NCBI GenBank assembly: GCA_036301285.1 | Contig: JAXJET010000034.1 | Location: 841-64,840, forward strand | Origin: Collinsella aerofaciens | Lineage (GTDB): Bacteria > Actinomycetota > Coriobacteriia > Coriobacteriales > Coriobacteriaceae | DNA: 64,000 bases | Reading direction: 5' to 3' | Shown: one piece after another, positions 1 through 8,953 of the stretch | How the letters are laid out: each line of letters begins with the position of its first letter | How positions within the stretch are numbered: the first letter of the stretch is position 1 | Notes under the pieces: generated by a model | The model's database searches: none | The model's input: the letters and a program-made list of their open reading frames with translations, nothing else | Told to the model about the DNA's origin: nothing | Position numbers and translations under genes: made by a program

Positions 1-182
1 AGTGCTTTCCTTTGCGTGCGGAACTCGCGACAAACTTAACCCCCGCCCTCAGCCCCGGAGACCCTCCCTGCCGTCACATTATTTAACCAGTTTTGCGGGC
101 GTGCGCCGCTGCGCGGCTAGCCCGCGTGCTCCTCGGCGGGGTTGGTCTGATGGATCTTGTTGAACTTCTTACTTTGGCTCAA

Positions 183-220
183 AGAAAAACGGGAGATGCG
201 TTGTGCATCCCCCGTTTTTG
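183..220. terminator. Bidirectional intrinsic terminator hairpin
   Basis: AAAAACGGGAGATGC-GTTGT-GCATCCCCCGTTTTT. The stem is flanked by an A-run and a T-run. It lies 7 nt downstream of the phosphoesterase stop. Confidence 0.7.
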
Positions 221-226
221 TTGCGG

Positions 227-694
227 TTAGTCTAGGTCAATAAACTTAGTGCTTAGGATCTTGCCGTCTTTTACTAGCATTCTGGCCATGGTGGGGCCTC
301 GGGTGCCTCTGGGGTAGCTGGCGCTGCCCGGGTTGAGGACTAAGCAACGGCCCACTTGGGCTTCTTTGGTTACGTGGGTGTGGCCGTTGATGGCTACGTC
401 TACGGATCCCACCGGAAGGTCTTCGCGGTAGTGGGCTACGGCGAATTTGAGGCCTTCGTAGGTAAAGAGCGCAAGACGGTCTACATCGGGGCCGTAGTCG
501 CGGTAGTAATCGTTGTTGCCCAGTACGGCCCGCACGGGGGCGATAGTGCATAGGTGCTCGTAGTCCATCTCCGACGTAAGGTCACCGGCATGGATAATCA
601 GATCCGCGCCCTCAAGCTCATCCAAGAGCGCAGGCGATAAATAGCCGTGGGTGTCCGAGATGATGTCGATACGCTTGGCGCTTGCACTGTTCAT
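227..694 (-). CDS. Calcineurin-like metallophosphoesterase (YfcE/MJ0936-type phosphodiesterase)
   Basis: ORF 227..736. It carries the motifs IISDTHG, HAGD, GNND and NGHTH. I prefer the ATG at 694 (MNSASAKRIDII...) over the upstream start. Confidence 0.8.
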   Translation of the reverse strand: MNSASAKRIDIISDTHGYLSPALLDELEGADLIIHAGDLTSEMDYEHLCTIAPVRAVLGNNDYYRDYGPDVDRLALFTYEGLKFAVAHYREDLPVGSVDVAINGHTHVTKEAQVGRCLVLNPGSASYPRGTRGPTMARMLVKDGKILSTKFIDLD

Positions 695-741
695 GGGATC
701 CCTTCCGCAAAAAAACGATTCGGCAGATACATACAAAAAGG

Positions 742-790
742 CCCCACGGCTCCGCAGACGATAGGTCTACAGGGCTGCGGGGCCAGTGTG
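742..790 (-). terminator. Intrinsic terminator after the first LytTR regulator
   Basis: On the minus strand: GGCCCCGCAG...CTGCGG..GGGGCC followed by TTTTT. Confidence 0.6.
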
Positions 791-1507
791 CTAGAGACTC
801 AGGGCCTTCTTAAGCGACACGACGCGGCGGCGCGAAACCGGCACGCGTTCGTCGACGCCCGTAATGCCCAGCTGGATGGCGCCCGAGGGCACCGTCTCCA
901 CATCCGTGACGCACGCCAAGTTGACGATATAGCGGCGGTGAACACGGAAGAAGCCAAAGTCGCAGAGTTTGGCCTCAAACTGCGCCAGCGAGGTCGTCGA
1001 CAAAAAGCGATCATCGACGGTATAGATGCAGGAGTAATCGTCCTTGGCCATGATAAAGCGAATGTCGTCCACGGGAATGAGCACCTTGCGGCCGCCCTTT
1101 TCCACCGGGATACGCTCGATGGTCACCTTGCTGTCCGTAACCGGCTTGGTGCGTTGCATGACCTTCTCGATCGCGCGATCCAAGCGAGCTTCCTCGACCG
1201 GCTTCATCAGATAATCGACGGCATCCACGTCGAATGCCTCGACCGCATGGTCACTATACGCAGTCACAAACACGATCGCCGGCGGATTTTTGAGCTTATG
1301 CAGCGCCTCGGCAAGTTGCAGGCCCGAGGCACCGGGCATCGAGATATCGAGAAACACGACATCCACGCGACTTTCCATAAGCATCTCGATGGCGGAGCGG
1401 ACGCTCGACGCCTCCGTGATCGTGCCGATCTTGCCCGTTTGCTCGAGCAGGAAGCGAAGCTCCGAGCGAGCCGGCGCCTCATCATCCACAATCATCGCAC
1501 GCAGCAT
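791..1507 (-). CDS. LytTR-family two-component response regulator
   Basis: Receiver domain (MIVDDE..., FLDISMPG) followed by a C-terminal LytTR domain (FFRVHRRYIVNL). The ORF-track start at 1528 is a TTG, so I prefer the ATG at 1507 (MLRAMIVDDE). Confidence 0.9.
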   Translation of the reverse strand: MLRAMIVDDEAPARSELRFLLEQTGKIGTITEASSVRSAIEMLMESRVDVVFLDISMPGASGLQLAEALHKLKNPPAIVFVTAYSDHAVEAFDVDAVDYLMKPVEEARLDRAIEKVMQRTKPVTDSKVTIERIPVEKGGRKVLIPVDDIRFIMAKDDYSCIYTVDDRFLSTTSLAQFEAKLCDFGFFRVHRRYIVNLACVTDVETVPSGAIQLGITGVDERVPVSRRRVVSLKKALSL

Positions 1508-1579
1508 AGGGATAAAACCTTTCGTCAACTAACTACGCCGGGCATCCGTCGCATGACGTTGAGCCCGTAGCCTTTTATT

Positions 1580-2923
1580 TTACTCTTGAATGTCGAAGAT
1601 GCTCTCTGACAAATCAAGATGAAGGAGCACTTTGGTGCCCTTGCCCGGCGCCGATTCGACACGCGTATAGGAGTGCGGCCCATAAAAGCGATGGATGCGC
1701 TCCGAAATATTGTGCATGGCCACACCGGCGCCGCCACCCTGGGGAGAGCTGGCGTCGGGACGGGCAGAACGCTCGTCAAACAGTCTGGCGGCGGTACCCT
1801 CATCCATGCCCACGCCATTATCGGCCACGGCAATCAAGATTGCATCCTCGCCGTCTTGGTGAACGGTCACGTCGATCCTCAGGGCGTCGTCATCGCCCAT
1901 ACCATGACGTACGGCGTTCTCGACAATCGGCTGGATCACGAACGCCGGCACCAGCGTATCTTCCACGTCCTCGGACACATCGAACGTCGCAAGCACGCGG
2001 TCCTCGCCAAAGCGGGCCTTCTCAAAGGTAAGGTAGCGCTTGGTCTGTGCGACCTCGCGCGAGACCGGAATAAGCGATCCCGAGTTGTCGAGCGTGGCAC
2101 GATAGAACGATGAGAACTCACGAAGCAGTTCGCGGGCCCGCAGCGGGTCGGTGCGCGTAAACGATGCAATGGTGTTCAGCGTGTTGAACAGGAAGTGCGG
2201 GTTAATCTGCGCCTGCAGCGCACGCACCTCGGCGCGCGCCGTGAGTTCCTTTTGCACCTCGAGCTCGTGGATGGCGAGCTGCGTGGACAAGATCTCGGCA
2301 AAGCCCGAGGCAAGCGCGTACTGGGTACGGTCGACGGCGCGCGGGGTCTTGTAGTAGAACTTGAGCGTGCCGACGGTACGATCGCCCACCTTGATGGGGG
2401 CGATAATGCCGGCGGGGACTTGGTTGTGCGAGCCGTCCGAGCCCACGACATCCACCATACGGTTGAACGACTGCACGATGCCATGTTCGATAACGTAGCG
2501 TGTGGCAAGCGTGTGGATGGGAGTATCGGGCAGCAGTTTTTCCTCAAACTCGCCCGCGCAGGCAAGCACGTTGTCCTCGTCGGTGATGGCCACCGTCATG
2601 GCGCGCGTCTCGGGCAAAATGCGCCGGCACACCAAACGCGCCGACTCCTGCGTCAGACCGCCCTTAATGTCCTCGAGCATGGCCGAGGCCACCGAGAGCG
2701 TCTCCTCGGTGTACTGGGAGCGCACCGAATCGGGATTGAGCGTCAAAAAGATAAAGATGCACAGAAAGATGCACAGCAGCGCGCAGGCAATCACCGTGGC
2801 GATCGGCTCGATACCGGTCACCAAGGCAAAAATAAAGTACACCAGCACGCAAATGGCGCAGGCAACGGCAATGATGCGAAAGATTGATATTGAACTATCG
2901 CGCTGGGCGCGGCGGTCGATCAT
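1580..2923 (-). CDS. LytS/YehU-like sensor histidine kinase (about 2 TM segments, GAF-like domain, His_kinase, HATPase_c)
   Basis: Hydrophobic N-terminus, H-box region QINPHFLFNTLN, and ATPase motifs ENAVRHG and DNGVGM. Its ATG overlaps the stop of the upstream gene (ATGA at 2920-2923). Confidence 0.9.
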   Translation of the reverse strand: MIDRRAQRDSSISIFRIIAVACAICVLVYFIFALVTGIEPIATVIACALLCIFLCIFIFLTLNPDSVRSQYTEETLSVASAMLEDIKGGLTQESARLVCRRILPETRAMTVAITDEDNVLACAGEFEEKLLPDTPIHTLATRYVIEHGIVQSFNRMVDVVGSDGSHNQVPAGIIAPIKVGDRTVGTLKFYYKTPRAVDRTQYALASGFAEILSTQLAIHELEVQKELTARAEVRALQAQINPHFLFNTLNTIASFTRTDPLRARELLREFSSFYRATLDNSGSLIPVSREVAQTKRYLTFEKARFGEDRVLATFDVSEDVEDTLVPAFVIQPIVENAVRHGMGDDDALRIDVTVHQDGEDAILIAVADNGVGMDEGTAARLFDERSARPDASSPQGGGAGVAMHNISERIHRFYGPHSYTRVESAPGKGTKVLLHLDLSESIFDIQE

Positions 2924-4107
2924 TCGGCCCCCTCCAGGATACTGATCAGTTGTGCGTCACGCCAAAGCCCGTCCATGATCTTGGGCCAAAAGCTCTGGAA
3001 ACGCAGGTAGCTTGCAGCGTTTTGGCGCGCATAGGCCTTTGCCTCGTCGATACCATGGCGCCAGATGCGCAGGTAGCCCTCATGCTCGCGGGTAAACACG
3101 CTGCGGACCATAGCGGTCTTGCGCACGCGGTCGTCGAGCTCGCGCGAAATCCACGGGCCCGGGTAGGGCATGAGCGATGCCGCCGTAACGGGAATGAGCT
3201 CCTTTTGATGCGCGGCGAATGTCAACTTGGCCCGTTCGTAGTACCAACGGTATACATCCTGCATAAAGCGCGGTGAGCGCTTTTCGGACTCCGGAGGCAG
3301 ATGGCGCACGGTCCACTCGTTATCGAACCACACGTCGTAGCCAAACATGCGCATGTTAAAGAGGTAATCCAAGTCCTCGCCGCGGGTGATAAACGGGTCA
3401 AAGGCCACACGCGTAAAGGCGCGGGCGTGCAGGGCCATCAGGCCGCCGCACACGTAGTTGGAGCGCGAGATGCGGGTGCCCGAGAGCGCCTTTTTCATCC
3501 AACGGTTGAACTCGATGCGCTTGGTCCACCAACGATGGCAGATGCCCGCCTTGTCCGTGGGAGCCAGCGGCGAGCCGTCGCGATCGTAGAAATAGCCGCT
3601 CTTGACCAAGATCGGCAAGCCCTGACGCGTCTGCTGCCCCAACGCATAGGTCGCGCGCTTCATAAAGTCGGCGTCGATGACAGTCTCATCGTCATCCAAA
3701 AAGATAACCGCGTCATGCCCCAGCACAGCGGCGCAGGCTAGCCCCATATTGCGGATGGCACCGTAGCCTCGCAGGCTCACGCACTCGCCCGAACCCTTGG
3801 GCGCGATCTGAGCAACCCGGTCTGCGATGCGCGAGGCCTGGGTGTTGGTGACAACGGTGACCTTGAGCGTGGGATGCGCGTCGACAATCTCGTGCACGCG
3901 CAGCGACACATCGGCTGTGGCAGAAACGGGACAGACCACCAAAAGGATGATGCGCGGGATGTCACGTACCTGCTCAAGCGAGGCCAGGCAGCGGTCGAGT
4001 TCGGGATTGTCGGCGTTGAGTCGCGTCGAATGTTCATAGGTGCCAGGGGCGTTTGCGCAAGCGTCATCGCCCGCCCAATACGTTGGAATCACGACCGTGG
4101 CGTTCAT
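2920..4107 (-). CDS. GT2-like glycosyltransferase (GT-A fold, DxD motif)
   Basis: 395-aa ORF. The N-terminus VVIPTYW is typical of GT2, there is an acidic FLDDDE motif, and ED is present in RGEDLDY. A GGGAGGG RBS lies upstream of the ATG at 4107. Confidence 0.6.
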   Translation of the reverse strand: MNATVVIPTYWAGDDACANAPGTYEHSTRLNADNPELDRCLASLEQVRDIPRIILLVVCPVSATADVSLRVHEIVDAHPTLKVTVVTNTQASRIADRVAQIAPKGSGECVSLRGYGAIRNMGLACAAVLGHDAVIFLDDDETVIDADFMKRATYALGQQTRQGLPILVKSGYFYDRDGSPLAPTDKAGICHRWWTKRIEFNRWMKKALSGTRISRSNYVCGGLMALHARAFTRVAFDPFITRGEDLDYLFNMRMFGYDVWFDNEWTVRHLPPESEKRSPRFMQDVYRWYYERAKLTFAAHQKELIPVTAASLMPYPGPWISRELDDRVRKTAMVRSVFTREHEGYLRIWRHGIDEAKAYARQNAASYLRFQSFWPKIMDGLWRDAQLISILEGAE

Positions 4108-4128
4108 GCCTTACCCTCCCTGCAACAC

Positions 4129-4163
4129 AAAAACGGGGCGCCGCCAAACACAGGCGACGCCCC
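4129..4163 (-). promoter_or_regulatory. Terminator-like hairpin plus U-run inside the leader of the glycosyltransferase-kinase-regulator operon (possible attenuator)
   Basis: On the minus strand: GGGGCGTCGCC-TGTGTTT-GGCGGCGCCCC-GTTTTT. The U-run ends 21 nt upstream of the ATG at 4107, and the RBS lies in between. Confidence 0.5.
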
Positions 4164-4278
4164 GCGACCTAGCTGATTCCATCATACCCACTTGGGCAAA
4201 TCATTGCTCGCAAGTCGCAATGTTTATTGCGGATAACCCCAAAAGAGTACCGTGGACAGGCACAATAGCCGCTCGCTC

Positions 4279-5538
4279 CTATGCGGCATGCTCTGCCGCC
4301 CGAGTCGTGCGGGACAGGCGGACCAGCAGCATAAAGCCAACGATCAGCAGCACGCCAATAGAAAGGACGCCCAGCGACGGGTTGCCGGTCAGCGAGGTAA
4401 CGACCGACACTAGGAAGGTACCCATGACGCTTGCATAACGACCAAAGATGTCAAAGAAGCCGTAGTACTCGTTGGACTTTTCCTTGGGGATAATGCGACC
4501 AAAGTAGCTACGGCTGAGCGCCTGCACGCCGCCCTGGAACAGGCCGACCATAATGGCAAGCACCCAGAACTCAAAGGCGGTCTTTAGGAAGAACGCGGCG
4601 AACAGCACAATGCCCATGTAGGCGGCGACCGCCACCAGGATCATGTTGAGCGTGCCCACGCGTCCGGCGAGCTTGCCGTAGATGATGGCGGACGGAAAGG
4701 CCACGAACTGCGTAACGAGCAGCGCCAGTACCAGCTGGGTCGAATCGATGCCCAAAGCCGAGCCGTAGCTGGTAGCCATGGAAATGACCGTGTGGACGCC
4801 ATCGATATAGAAGAAGAACGCAATCATGTAGACCAGCACGGTCTTGTTGTGGGCGATCTCGCGCATGGTGTGTCCGACCTCGGAGAACACACCGCCAACG
4901 ATGTGGCCGATGGTGTCCTCGGGACCGCGCTCGCGACCATACTTTTGCTTATAGGTGTGAATGAGCGGCAGGGTAAAGATGAGCCACCAGGCACCAGTGA
5001 TGATAAAAGACAGACGCGTTGCCAGCATGGTGGGGACGCCAAGAGCGGGGCCACCCATGATGAGCGCCAGGCAGATGACGAACGGCACGGTGGAACCGAT
5101 GTAGCCCCAGGCATAACCCGAGCTGGACACGGCGTCCATGCGCTCGTCGGTGGTAACGTCGGGCAGCATGGCGTCGTAGAACGTCATAGAAGAGTTAAGG
5201 CCGATGGTGCACAGCACGTACACGGTCAAAAATGCCATGGCGGACATTGGGATAGCCTGCGCCAGGCAAAGAACCAGGCCCGTGAGGAAAAAGCCCAAGA
5301 AGAACTTGATTTTGTTGCCAGCGTAGTCGGCAAGTGCGCCCAGAATGGGCATGAGCATGGCGATGACCAGCGAGGCGATCGTCTGTGCATTGCCCCAGGC
5401 GACCACCAGGTCGGCCGAGGAAGCGCCGGTATTGATGGCGTTAAAGTAAATGGGCACCACCGAGGTATTGAGCAGCACGAGGGCCGAATTGCCCACATCA
5501 TACATAACCCAGTTACGCTCGAGCTTGGTGTATTTCAT
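4279..5538 (-). CDS. MFS transporter (UMF1/Atg22-like)
   Basis: 419-aa polytopic protein with about 12 hydrophobic segments and an N-terminus MKYTKLERNWVMYDVGNSA typical of the UMF1 family. Confidence 0.75.
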   Translation of the reverse strand: MKYTKLERNWVMYDVGNSALVLLNTSVVPIYFNAINTGASSADLVVAWGNAQTIASLVIAMLMPILGALADYAGNKIKFFLGFFLTGLVLCLAQAIPMSAMAFLTVYVLCTIGLNSSMTFYDAMLPDVTTDERMDAVSSSGYAWGYIGSTVPFVICLALIMGGPALGVPTMLATRLSFIITGAWWLIFTLPLIHTYKQKYGRERGPEDTIGHIVGGVFSEVGHTMREIAHNKTVLVYMIAFFFYIDGVHTVISMATSYGSALGIDSTQLVLALLVTQFVAFPSAIIYGKLAGRVGTLNMILVAVAAYMGIVLFAAFFLKTAFEFWVLAIMVGLFQGGVQALSRSYFGRIIPKEKSNEYYGFFDIFGRYASVMGTFLVSVVTSLTGNPSLGVLSIGVLLIVGFMLLVRLSRTTRAAEHAA

Positions 5539-5639
5539 GGACAGGGACCCTTCGTATTCGCCCGATATGCAGTTAGTTCATCGTACCCCAATTGTCCAGA
5601 ACCGCCGGTAAGGATTCGGCAAAGGGGCACGCACGGGCC

Positions 5640-6584
5640 CTATTCCTCGCGGTCGAACTCCTCATCGGCTTCGAGCACACGACCGCTGTAGTTGACGTGA
5701 CTGGTCACGGCATCCATGTCACCGGTCTCGATAAAACGTGCGACCGTGCACTCGTAATCGCCCAGCGCGCGATCAAAGACCTCGGGGAAACTCTCGTTCG
5801 AGACCTCGTCGGTAAAGGGATTCTTCCATGTCAGATGGCCTAGGTTACCGGTGCGCTCGGGCAACTCCGTCGTCACGCGATGGGCAAGGCCGTCGAGCAG
5901 CGAGTAATCGTGCACCAAGCCCTCAACCAGCGAGATCGCGCGCGTCTTTGCGGAGCCGGCCGGCTCAATCGCGCGGTAAAGTCGCTGCATATTGGCAACG
6001 GCAGCACCGTACTCCCCCGCCGGAATGTCAATGCCGTACACGCGTCCGGCAACATAGCTCATCAGCACGCCGGCCACGCGATTGATGCGATCGGTGGTGA
6101 CGATCTCGCCCGCCGGCGGGTAATCGTCAACCGTAGCGCCATCGCGTTTAAGCTGCAGCATCAGCACATCCAGGTCGCTCTCGATCACGGCATGGACCTG
6201 ACTGCTCGAATCCTCAAGCTCTGAATCGGACTCCACGATGCCAAACTGCTGCTCATAGACAAAGGGGTGGGCGTTGCGGTCGAGCACGTAATGAGACAGC
6301 AGGCCCAGCGCAAAAGCGCGACCCAAGCTGGCGTCGCGCGGCAGCAGATGCGACACGCCGTCGCGCAGGCACGCGAACTGGCGAGACATGCGCGACCGAT
6401 GCATGACCTGCGCCAGCAGCGTGCAGTCGGAAACACGCGGTGTCAGAATGTGAAAGAAAAACGGGTCGGGGCCTTGGTTGCCCAAGATAAAGGCAATGCG
6501 CTCTTCATCGGACGTGATGACGCCCTGCGGAAGACGGTCGATGCTTTCCTCGCCAAACAGATGATGGGTGATAAGCGCGGGCAT
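5640..6584 (-). CDS. Hypothetical protein, possibly of the zinc-dependent phospholipase C-like family
   Basis: The N-terminal ITHHLFG motif and His/Asp-rich segments resemble that family. The ATG at 6584 has an AAAGGA RBS, whereas the ORF-track start at 6614 is a GTG. The family assignment is weak. Confidence 0.4.
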   Translation of the reverse strand: MPALITHHLFGEESIDRLPQGVITSDEERIAFILGNQGPDPFFFHILTPRVSDCTLLAQVMHRSRMSRQFACLRDGVSHLLPRDASLGRAFALGLLSHYVLDRNAHPFVYEQQFGIVESDSELEDSSSQVHAVIESDLDVLMLQLKRDGATVDDYPPAGEIVTTDRINRVAGVLMSYVAGRVYGIDIPAGEYGAAVANMQRLYRAIEPAGSAKTRAISLVEGLVHDYSLLDGLAHRVTTELPERTGNLGHLTWKNPFTDEVSNESFPEVFDRALGDYECTVARFIETGDMDAVTSHVNYSGRVLEADEEFDREE

Positions 6585-6676
6585 AATGATCCTTTCGATT
6601 TCATTCGATGCCACCCATTATGCCCACCGCGCGCCCATGCCAAACCTGCGATGGTAAACGACGGCACGCAGACCGT

Positions 6677-7411
6677 CTACGCAAGCCCCAAGTGTGCTTT
6701 AACCTCGGCAGCGCGACGGCGGGACACGGGCACCGTCGAGGTTACGCGATCGAGCCTGAGCTCCATAAGACCCGTGGAACCGATCTCGACATTGTGCACG
6801 TCTTCCAAATTGACCAGATAGCTGCGATGAACGCGAATAAAGCCCTCGGAGACCAAGCGACGCTCGAGCGAAGAGATCGACTCATTGATCAGGTACGTTC
6901 CCTCGGCGCAGATGGCGTTGCAAAAATCGGCGCGCGCCTCAAAGTAGCAGACGTCTGCGGCGGGAATGAACACCTTTTTGCCCCCGCGGTCCACCGTCAG
7001 ACGCAAAGGCTGGCGCGGAGCGTGGATAACACGACGGACACCCAAGGCTGCCTCGATCTTGTCGAGTGCCTTTGACAGGCGTGCGTCCTCGACCGGCTTG
7101 ACGACATAATCGACGGCATCGAGGTTATAGGCATCAGCCGCATACTCGGCAAACGCCGTCACAAACACAACCACCGGCGGCGTCTTTAGGTTCTGCAGCG
7201 TCTCGGCAAGCTCAATTCCCGAGCGACCGGGCATGGTAATGTCTAAAAACAGCACGTCGGGCTTGTTCGACAGAATCGACTCCACAGCTTCGGTAACATT
7301 GCCCGCCTCGGCAATCTGGCCCACACGCGTATCCTTTTCCAACAGATAGCGTAGCTCAGCCCTAATGGGAGGTTCGTCATCAACCACCAAGATGTTCCAG
7401 CCTTCGGACAT
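6677..7411 (-). CDS. LytTR-family response regulator (paralog of 791..1507)
   Basis: Receiver domain (ILVVDDEPP, FLDITMPG) followed by a LytTR domain (FIRVHRSYLVNL). An RBS AGAGGGGAAG lies upstream of the ATG at 7411. Confidence 0.9.
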   Translation of the reverse strand: MSEGWNILVVDDEPPIRAELRYLLEKDTRVGQIAEAGNVTEAVESILSNKPDVLFLDITMPGRSGIELAETLQNLKTPPVVVFVTAFAEYAADAYNLDAVDYVVKPVEDARLSKALDKIEAALGVRRVIHAPRQPLRLTVDRGGKKVFIPAADVCYFEARADFCNAICAEGTYLINESISSLERRLVSEGFIRVHRSYLVNLEDVHNVEIGSTGLMELRLDRVTSTVPVSRRRAAEVKAHLGLA

Positions 7412-7449
7412 ATGTGCTTCCCCTCTTTTTCTCTCAATCCAACCGCGTG

Positions 7450-8904
7450 CTACGCCGTCAACGGCGCGGGCTCATGCGGCTCGCCGTTCAGCTCGACGAT
7501 GACCTGCGTTCCCACGCCCTCCTGGGACTTCACGCGCATGCCGGAATCTTCTCCGTAAAAGAAATGGATGCGCTGAAGCACGTTGAAGAGCGCCAGGCCG
7601 CAACCTCGCTTGACGGAGCCGTCGGCGGTAATGCTCTCGGGCTCCTCCAGGCGATGTTGCTCAAACAGATGCGCGCAGACTTCTTCGCTCATACCGATGC
7701 CATCGTCCTCGACGATGATCTCCAAACCGTCATCGGTCTCGAAAGCCCTAACATGAATAGAAAGCGGCTCGGTCTCGCGCTGCGCGTGCTTGATGCAGTT
7801 TTCGAGCAACGGCTGCAAGATAAACGGCGGCACCATGCAATCGCGCACCTCAAAGTCGATATCGACCGAGACGCGCAGACGGCCGTCGCCATAACGAGCC
7901 TGCATAAGGTTGATATAGCGAGTGCCCTGTTCCACCTCGTGCTCGAGCGTTGTGAGGGTATCGGAATCAGAGAGCGTCTGACGGTAGTAATTGGAAAAGT
8001 CGATCAGCAGCGATCGCGCCTTGTCGGGCTCGGTTCGAACGAGCGACACGATCGTGCTAATGGTATTGAATAGAAAATGAGGATCGACCTGCGATTGCAA
8101 GGCGCGCAGCTCCACGCGGGCCGTAAGCTCGTCCTGGCGCTCGAGCTCAAAGCTCGCAAGCTGCGTGGAAATGAGGTCGGCAAAGCCCGAGGCAAGCGCC
8201 GTCTGGCGCATATCGATGCTGCTCAGACGGGGATAATACAGCTCGAGCGTGCCCACGCAATGCCCGCGCACGGTAAGCGGTGCGACAATACCGGCGCGCA
8301 GGCGCGGAAAGTAGCCACCCGTCTCGGTCGAGGCATCGCGCGAGAACACGCTTTGCTCACCGCTGTTGATCACGTTGAGCGTAGTCCGCAGTACCACCGG
8401 GGTGCCCGCGGGGCATTTTGCCGAGTCCTCGCCCCAGCTCGCCAGCACCTGCTTGCCGTCGGTAAAGCAGATGGCAGAGGCGATAGTTTCGGACAGGATG
8501 ATCTTAGAGGCGCCCAGGGCAGCTTCGGGCGTAAGGCCGCGCGACGTGTAGGCGAATATTTTTGAAGCGATGGCGAGCGTGCGGTCGGTTGCGCTCGATG
8601 TGAGGTCGTCGGGAACGACAAAGACGTACGAGAAGAAGAAGCACAGCATGACCAAGCCGGCAATGACGACAACGGCCGGAACGGGATTGGGATTATCGGT
8701 TAGATCCCAGATGAGCAGCAGGATAAGCAGCGGAACGACAATACCGAGCAAGATGGCTTGAACCACATGCTGAGCGGTACGAAAGACCTTGGTAGAGTTG
8801 TAGCTCTTGCCCAGAATCAGCCTATTGAGATCCACCGTCATCTCCTTCTTACTGACGCACCCCATAGCAATAAAGAGGGCCGCAAGCGACCCTCTCCATT
8901 GCAT
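7450..8904 (-). CDS. LytS/YehU-like sensor histidine kinase (paralog of 1580..2923)
   Basis: H-box QVDPHFLFNTIS plus ATPase motifs ENCIKHA and DDGIGM. The start is uncertain: ATGs occur at 8904, 8865 and 8841. Confidence 0.85.
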   Translation of the reverse strand: MQWRGSLAALFIAMGCVSKKEMTVDLNRLILGKSYNSTKVFRTAQHVVQAILLGIVVPLLILLLIWDLTDNPNPVPAVVVIAGLVMLCFFFSYVFVVPDDLTSSATDRTLAIASKIFAYTSRGLTPEAALGASKIILSETIASAICFTDGKQVLASWGEDSAKCPAGTPVVLRTTLNVINSGEQSVFSRDASTETGGYFPRLRAGIVAPLTVRGHCVGTLELYYPRLSSIDMRQTALASGFADLISTQLASFELERQDELTARVELRALQSQVDPHFLFNTISTIVSLVRTEPDKARSLLIDFSNYYRQTLSDSDTLTTLEHEVEQGTRYINLMQARYGDGRLRVSVDIDFEVRDCMVPPFILQPLLENCIKHAQRETEPLSIHVRAFETDDGLEIIVEDDGIGMSEEVCAHLFEQHRLEEPESITADGSVKRGCGLALFNVLQRIHFFYGEDSGMRVKSQEGVGTQVIVELNGEPHEPAPLTA

Positions 8905-8953
8905 TATGCAATCAAATACTGTGTTTTACATCAAGCCATCGATGAACGGTAGC

